DNA of 64,000 nucleotides from an uncultured virus (IMG/VR IMGVR_UViG_3300032138_000963) (Duplodnaviria; Heunggongvirae; Uroviricota; Caudoviricetes): IMG/VR virus record IMGVR_UViG_3300032138_000963; one strand, 5' to 3'. Shown piece by piece: positions 58,456 to 64,000 of this stretch (position 1 is its first letter; each line of letters starts with the position of its first letter). The notes under the pieces were generated by a model. It saw only the letters and a program-made list of their open reading frames with translations, ran no database searches and was not told where the DNA came from. The position numbers and the translations under genes were made by a program.

Positions 58456-59669
58456 CCAGAAAAAGGAATCAACGCCGAGCCGTGGTCCCCGCAAATGTCG
58501 CCGCGCAGGTCGACCCTCACATGCAGGGCATGCGACAGATGTTGACCGCAGAGGAAACCGGCAACTTCGGCGTACTCTACCCGGACGGCCGCCCAGATAT
58601 CCGACAGGTAAGGAACATGGAGCGATCCATGGTCTCTCAATTCCAAGACCCTCGGGTGGGACTTCCGAATCCTCAGGCCGAAGCGCCCTTCGATCGCACG
58701 GCTCCGCAAGGTCGCGTTGCGAAGAATCAGGCTCTTGGGTTCCAGGTCCAGCCGGATCGACTCATCGACCTGCCTCCCGGTGATGCTGGCGCAGGCCAAT
58801 CTGTCTATCGTCGCAGTCACTTCTTCGCCCGCCTCGATGATCCGGACAACAACATCGTTGCCGGAAATCCGATGGACAAGGCCATCGGCATGGCGACGTA
58901 CTGCTCGAGCGATTGTCGGCCCCGATTTTGGCACGTTTCGTTTTTCGGGATTGCAGTCCAGCGCGCAGCGAATCTCGCCGCCGTGCAACCGCTGACCGAC
59001 AACGAGATTCTCAGCGAGCAACTCCTGCCGACGTCCAATGGCCTTGCTCCTACGAGCCCCGACTTCATTCCAGCAATCACACAGCTTCAGGCTCGAGTGA
59101 TGGTCTTCGACGAATCTGGTCAGCGATTCTACGACGTAGACATCATGGGGAATCGGAGCCTAGATGTATACGCTTGGGGAGTGACCGCCTTCGTCCTTGG
59201 CCCCGGAAACTTCGGAGCAGCTCCGGAACAGGCGATGTATGAGGTCAATCGCGGCACGGGCGGAAACCTTCCTCAGACGGCGCTCGCCGGACTCGTCGAG
59301 GATGCCATCATCGGCGTACGCATCGTTCCCATCGTCATCAACAGTACGCAGAACGTCGAAAATCGAACGATCACAGTGCTGACGAATGACGTCGACGTAA
59401 CGAGGGTTCCGATTCCCCCTGGCACGAGGAAGGTTCAGGTGATCTCCCATGAGTCCGCGGCGATTGCTGCGGCCTACATCATCAGATTCGACTCGGGAGA
59501 CGATGGTACATTCATCGGATCTGCAGTCCAAGGGATCATCAATATCAACCCCACCGAGTCCAAGAGCGAAGTCCTCCTGGTTCCGAACTCCACGCAAATC
59601 ACCTTCACGCCCACTCCAGGTGCCCCCGTTGCGGGATGGTCGCTGATCTTCACTGTGGAATCGCAGTAA
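58452..59669 (+). CDS. Beta-rich putative virion protein, paralogue 3
   Basis: Same motif series; ATGA-coupled. Confidence 0.75.
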   Translation: MTRKRNQRRAVVPANVAAQVDPHMQGMRQMLTAEETGNFGVLYPDGRPDIRQVRNMERSMVSQFQDPRVGLPNPQAEAPFDRTAPQGRVAKNQALGFQVQPDRLIDLPPGDAGAGQSVYRRSHFFARLDDPDNNIVAGNPMDKAIGMATYCSSDCRPRFWHVSFFGIAVQRAANLAAVQPLTDNEILSEQLLPTSNGLAPTSPDFIPAITQLQARVMVFDESGQRFYDVDIMGNRSLDVYAWGVTAFVLGPGNFGAAPEQAMYEVNRGTGGNLPQTALAGLVEDAIIGVRIVPIVINSTQNVENRTITVLTNDVDVTRVPIPPGTRKVQVISHESAAIAAAYIIRFDSGDDGTFIGSAVQGIININPTESKSEVLLVPNSTQITFTPTPGAPVAGWSLIFTVESQ

Positions 59670-59670
59670 A

Positions 59671-60138
59671 ATGTCTCTCTTCGAATTCAGAATCCTCACA
59701 GACGACAAAGGTGTCTCAAACGAGGAGATGGTCGAGCAGGGGCTCGCGGCTATCCAGGCTGCCATCGCCATCAACGTCTTTCATTTGCGAAGGCATCCAG
59801 AGGACGTCTGCGTACTAGCCTGCGGAGCGGTCAAGTACGACTCGAAAAACAAAGACGTTTTGCTGATGATTTCAGAGATCAGCACCATTCCGGTTCTGAA
59901 GAAGAAAAAGAAGGGCCTCTGCATCGACATTGTGGCGGCCGATATCGCCATCAAGATTTTCGAAGGTTTGGATGTGTGGCCGCACATCTTTTTCAAGGGC
60001 GGCGGAATCTTCCACGTTGTCACCCAGGGACGCGATTGGGATGGCAATGTGATAGAATACGATCCGTCCGCAGAACTCGAACAACGGGGATTGGTAGTTT
60101 CCTACCAACCCGACAGCTGCAAGGCTTGCCGAACGTAG
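59671..60138 (+). CDS. Transglutaminase/papain-fold cysteine enzyme (putative maturation protease)
   Basis: GLCIDIVAA (helix-start Cys), FHVVT (His), YDPS (Asp) in triad order. Confidence 0.55.
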   Translation: MSLFEFRILTDDKGVSNEEMVEQGLAAIQAAIAINVFHLRRHPEDVCVLACGAVKYDSKNKDVLLMISEISTIPVLKKKKKGLCIDIVAADIAIKIFEGLDVWPHIFFKGGGIFHVVTQGRDWDGNVIEYDPSAELEQRGLVVSYQPDSCKACRT

Positions 60139-60147
60139 GAAAGCAAA

Positions 60148-62070
60148 ATGCCACGAAAAAGAAGGTATTCCAAATCTCGAGGTCGCCGATACAGCGACTG
60201 CGCCCCAATGGCACCCTGCGCTGAATCGGATGCTCGAGCGAAGCGATTCAGCGGTGGCGGTTCCATTGGCCCCGTCGCCGCTGGCTTCGACCACTATGGC
60301 TACCCGATCGTCCGCAACTTCCATCTGCCGGCGCCTTTCCGTCTGGCCGAAGGCAGGAACTACGGTGCGATTCAGTCAGCGATCAAGCCGATGAAGCTCG
60401 TCGCCGTTCCGGCGAACGGCTCGGCGCCCAAGCCCAAGCCTGGCATCGCCAAGGTCGACAAGTTCAAGCTCAAGCCGACCCCGACCGTTCCCGCCGCTCC
60501 GGACAACCTTCCGCCCCAGTTCAAGTTCTGCGTTCAAAAAGGCGAGCAGGGGTACTTCTTCCGATTCCGGAATGGAAAGACCTCTCTCCACGGTGCCGAG
60601 GCGAATGTCGTTGGCTGCGAGCCCGACGAGTCGACCGGCATGATGATGTGCATGGTCAATATGCCTGGCACGAGCAACCTGACGGCTGCCCCGCTTTGCG
60701 AAGAGCCAGGCGCCGACAAGGAGCCGGTTCCGGCGGATTGCTGCGTGAAGGTCCTTGGCGACGAGTCTGGACAGATCGTCTGCCCAGGTTCCGCATACGA
60801 CCTGCTCATCACCAAGATCGTCACATTCGCTAATCTCAACGGCATCCAGATTGCCTCTGTCGAGCACCCGGATCTCCCGGGCGGCGGAGCCCGCATGCCG
60901 GTCTGTGAGCCGATGGACGAGGAGCCTGATGAGCGCCCATGCTGCATCGAGGAGGAAACGGGTCTCATCGTCTGCCCCAAGGGAATGGACTTCCCATTGG
61001 CCGGCAAGAAGATTCCGATGGAGTTCCTCGAGTTCGCCGACAACGTCGACGGCATGAAGGTGGCTCGACTTCGCTGTGGAGACATCAGCGATATTCCGCC
61101 ATCTGATCGAGCTGCAGATCCAACGCTCGCTGCGATGTTCAACATCTGCGAAGAGCTTGGCGGATACATCTTCCCGGTGTGCACTCGAAAGCCGCCGAAG
61201 CGAACTCCGAAGCGACCGAAGCGGCCGAAGACTCCGCCCAAGAAGCTGACGCCCCGACCGGTCCCGCCGCCTCCGAAGTTCCCAGATATCTGCTGCTACG
61301 ATCCGACGACGGGAACCCTCGTTTGCGAGGGGACTCCGTATCACGGTCTCGCGGTCGACGTTGTGACGGAGGCTGTGGTCGGAGGAAAGCCGATCGTCTC
61401 AGTCGCGCACGCGAAGCTCCCTGGCGGAGGCGCCCGAGTTCCGCTTTGCCCGCCGAAGCCGGAGATTCCCCGAGTGCCACCAGCGGACTGCTGCGTGGTC
61501 GAATCCTCTGCCGGGCTCTCGCTCATGTGCGATCCGCAGGATCACCCATGGAACGGTCGCAACGTGACCTCCGAAGGAAAGTGCATCGAGACCCCGAATG
61601 GTCGCATGTGCGTTCTGAAGTGGGAGGACGAATACGGACAGCACACTCTCGAGGTTCCCGTATGTCCGCCCCCGCCCGAGCGCATTCCCACACCGCCGGC
61701 CGACATTCCGCCGCCACCCGAATCGATTCCGGTCCCCTCGCCGCCCTCGAGCCCCAGGCTTCCGCCGCCAACGCATCCGCCTACGGATGGATGCGAAGAG
61801 GGGCAAGGGTGCCGAGACCGGTGGGATGAAATGGTCAAGGCTCCGGCCAGGCTCACCAAGTGCGACAAAAAATGGCTCGAGGTTCTCAGGAAGCTTCGTT
61901 CCGGAAACGCGACTCCTACACCTGGTCGACGCGCCTCTTCGTTGAAGATGGGGCCCAAGAAGGCTGGCAAAAGGGCTGGCATGCCTCGAAAGTATGGGAC
62001 GGGCATCGACCCTGAGCATCTCGAATATGGCCGGTTCCCCGGGCTGCGGGGCGGCCGGAGGACGATCTAA
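60148..62070 (+). CDS. Cys/Pro-rich protein with about five 60-aa repeats
   Basis: CC...G.IVC...LPGGGAR.P.C units separated by Pro-rich linkers. Confidence 0.8.
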   Translation: MPRKRRYSKSRGRRYSDCAPMAPCAESDARAKRFSGGGSIGPVAAGFDHYGYPIVRNFHLPAPFRLAEGRNYGAIQSAIKPMKLVAVPANGSAPKPKPGIAKVDKFKLKPTPTVPAAPDNLPPQFKFCVQKGEQGYFFRFRNGKTSLHGAEANVVGCEPDESTGMMMCMVNMPGTSNLTAAPLCEEPGADKEPVPADCCVKVLGDESGQIVCPGSAYDLLITKIVTFANLNGIQIASVEHPDLPGGGARMPVCEPMDEEPDERPCCIEEETGLIVCPKGMDFPLAGKKIPMEFLEFADNVDGMKVARLRCGDISDIPPSDRAADPTLAAMFNICEELGGYIFPVCTRKPPKRTPKRPKRPKTPPKKLTPRPVPPPPKFPDICCYDPTTGTLVCEGTPYHGLAVDVVTEAVVGGKPIVSVAHAKLPGGGARVPLCPPKPEIPRVPPADCCVVESSAGLSLMCDPQDHPWNGRNVTSEGKCIETPNGRMCVLKWEDEYGQHTLEVPVCPPPPERIPTPPADIPPPPESIPVPSPPSSPRLPPPTHPPTDGCEEGQGCRDRWDEMVKAPARLTKCDKKWLEVLRKLRSGNATPTPGRRASSLKMGPKKAGKRAGMPRKYGTGIDPEHLEYGRFPGLRGGRRTI

Positions 62071-62924
62071 TGACGTGGAGAACTGCCAGGCAATACACGC
62101 GAACTGGCGGGACCTTCGCGGCTACCAGCTCGGCGCCGCCGCCTGCCACAGCAGCGCCAAAGCGAGCCTCGATCGCTCCATCGCCACCAAGCTCGAGTGT
62201 TCCGACGCCTCGACCTACACCCACGCCGACGCCGACACCTCCGTCGAGCTTCGTCCCGGGGCCATCGTATCCGAGCTTCGATCCACCTGGGCCAAGTGTC
62301 GGATACCACCCGAAGTCCCCGGACCTGACCTATCATCCTCCCGGTCCCGGCATCGGCCTGCGTCCCGGACCCGCCCCCGCGCTCGGTCGCCCGGGTGAGC
62401 TTCCTGGAAATCACGGAGGCTGGAAAAACGACAGCTGCTACGCGCAGGGGAGCAAGGGGTGGAAGCCCGACATCATGTCGCTCGGGGACGCGCACAACTG
62501 TCCTGGCGAGAAGGGGCCGCAGGGGCCCCCGCGTCCGCCCAACATCAGCGGTGATCCAGCGGGCTACAACACTCGCACATTCCGCGACGAAGACAACGTC
62601 GGACACGCGCTGCAATATCTCGGCTACCAAAGCCCGGACGGCAACGCGATGATTCGTCGCTTCCAGCGCCACTGGAACCTGGTGATCTCCCGCCTTGCCA
62701 CCGTGCCGGATCGGTACCGCAATATCCAATTCGCTCATATTCCGCAGGGCAACCTGCGCGTCGATGGGCAAATCGGACCACACACACTCAACGCCCTCGA
62801 GATCGCCATGGTCAACCAGCGCATGAGCCCGCAGCTCGCATGGCCCAACGTCATCGAGATGGTGATCACCGCCGGCAACGGCTACGGAAAGCAGCGGCTA
62901 TACAACGCCGCCCAAGGGATGTGA
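62070..62924 (+). CDS. Pro-rich protein with PG-binding-like C-terminal domain
   Basis: IRRFQRHWN...LRVDGQIGPHTLNAL. Confidence 0.75.
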   Translation: MTWRTARQYTRTGGTFAATSSAPPPATAAPKRASIAPSPPSSSVPTPRPTPTPTPTPPSSFVPGPSYPSFDPPGPSVGYHPKSPDLTYHPPGPGIGLRPGPAPALGRPGELPGNHGGWKNDSCYAQGSKGWKPDIMSLGDAHNCPGEKGPQGPPRPPNISGDPAGYNTRTFRDEDNVGHALQYLGYQSPDGNAMIRRFQRHWNLVISRLATVPDRYRNIQFAHIPQGNLRVDGQIGPHTLNALEIAMVNQRMSPQLAWPNVIEMVITAGNGYGKQRLYNAAQGM

Positions 62925-62927
62925 GCC

Positions 62928-63545
62928 ATGCCCGCGCCACCAAATCTCAGCAAAGACGCCAAGGGGTTCAACACCTCGATGTTCAAGAGCGACCGCGCTG
63001 TACGGCGGGGCTTTCGTCTCCTTGGCTACGGCGTGAGCAATCGGTTCCACAAGGTTCCGGGCGATACCGTTCGTCAGTTTCAGCGCGACTACAACAAGTG
63101 CGCAGATCGATTCGGGCGCTGGGGCAAGGTGAAGGTCACCGGCAAGCTCAACAAGGACACGCTCAACGCTCTCGAGCACGCCATCCGATGGTCGAAGAAG
63201 CTGGAGAATACGCAGGGCACTCCGAGTGCACGGTCGTGGCAGTCGCTTTGCGCGAGCCGAAGGAACGCCTGCCTGGATCCTCCAAGTGGGAAGGGCAAGA
63301 CCCGCGCCTACGCGCAGGCTGAAGCTGAATTGCCCGAAGCGCGCGGGACGAACTTCGTCGAGGTGCTGACGAATGGCTCCGGAAAGCTTCGGAACATCCA
63401 CACTGACCATGCGCTCCGGTGCAACATTCTCGCCTTCGAGCGACACGGGGACACCGTGCTCGCCGTCGTCGAGATTCCGCCGCAGGGAGATCTTCCCGGA
63501 GGGCGACCTGATTCCATCACATGTCCGTGCGTCTTCGCGCGGTAG
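62928..63545 (+). CDS. PG-binding-like domain plus one copy of the 60-aa repeat
   Basis: VRQFQRDYN...VTGKLNKDTLNAL; VEVL..GSG...DLPGG...CPC. Confidence 0.75.
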   Translation: MPAPPNLSKDAKGFNTSMFKSDRAVRRGFRLLGYGVSNRFHKVPGDTVRQFQRDYNKCADRFGRWGKVKVTGKLNKDTLNALEHAIRWSKKLENTQGTPSARSWQSLCASRRNACLDPPSGKGKTRAYAQAEAELPEARGTNFVEVLTNGSGKLRNIHTDHALRCNILAFERHGDTVLAVVEIPPQGDLPGGRPDSITCPCVFAR

Positions 63546-63555
63546 GAGAAAAACC

Positions 63556-63894
63556 ATGACACGACGACACGGACGATACGGGCGAAAATTCAATCGGGCT
63601 CGGATGAGCCTCCCAAAGAGGCGGGCTCTCCCAAAGAGACACGCTGCCCCCGCCTGGCTTACGATGTGCGCGAAAATTTGGAATACGCGACCGAAGCACT
63701 TCCCGTCTAACCCGAGCCCATATCGGTGGTACAGGCAAGCGAATCCCTTGCAGAAGCTTTCGGACTGGCTCACCAACGTCGTCTACTGGACGCATAAGCC
63801 GAAGAGTTATCCGATCAAGATCGGGCCAGCCGACAAAGCGGCTGCGAACCTGTGGCTAAGCATCAACAAGTGCGTGCTGCAGCATAAGCCGTAG
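63556..63894 (+). CDS. Small basic protein
   Basis: AGGAG upstream of MTRRHGRYGRKF. Confidence 0.7.
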   Translation: MTRRHGRYGRKFNRARMSLPKRRALPKRHAAPAWLTMCAKIWNTRPKHFPSNPSPYRWYRQANPLQKLSDWLTNVVYWTHKPKSYPIKIGPADKAAANLWLSINKCVLQHKP

Positions 63895-63902
63895 GCTGAG
63901 AG

Positions 63903-64000
63903 ATGTCGGTCGATTCCCTCCGATTGCTCCTCGACCAGATGCGCGCGTCGTATCAGGTCTACCGCGACAGTCACTGGACTGTTGAGGGGAGCTATGGGAA
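63903..64000 (+). CDS. Possible Dps/ferritin-like protein (partial)
   Basis: MSVDSLRLLLDQMRASYQVYRDSHWTVEG resembles the Dps HW.V.G motif; only 32 codons are visible. Confidence 0.4.
   Translation, partial: MSVDSLRLLLDQMRASYQVYRDSHWTVEGSYG

Overview
This GC-rich window looks like part of one large bacterial virus genome, not a cellular chromosome. It is densely coded with ATGA/TGATG-coupled operons, Shine-Dalgarno motifs and sigma70-type promoters. Left to right: (1) a Thr-rich collagen-like fibre gene (partial) beside a glycan-building cluster; (2) 12 minus-strand tRNAs, including an A34 tRNA-Leu(AAG) and an atypical tRNA-Tyr; (3) nucleic-acid and stress genes (MT-A70 MTase, RusA-like, Fe/Mn SOD, ssb, thyA, DEDD exonuclease); (4) four very basic proteins punctuated by about 21 Asn-Pro motifs that look like polyproteins of small DNA-binding modules; (5) four proteins sharing an N-terminal membrane anchor, plus several peptidoglycan hydrolases; (6) many small ORFs, GrpE, a Bet/RecT-like protein and an AAA+ ATPase; (7) SF2 helicase and Prim-Pol/SF3 primase-helicase followed by an iteron-like origin; (8) a probable virion module with a small membrane protein, a 212-aa beta-rich putative single jelly-roll capsid protein, three paralogous beta-rich proteins, a Cys-His-Asp transglutaminase/papain-like enzyme, and Cys-rich and PG-binding proteins. 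I see no terminase, portal, HK97 capsid or tail genes. The leading hypothesis is an unusually large tailless, membrane-containing phage with Asn-Pro-processed core polyproteins. All family calls are from motif recognition by eye; no searches were run.
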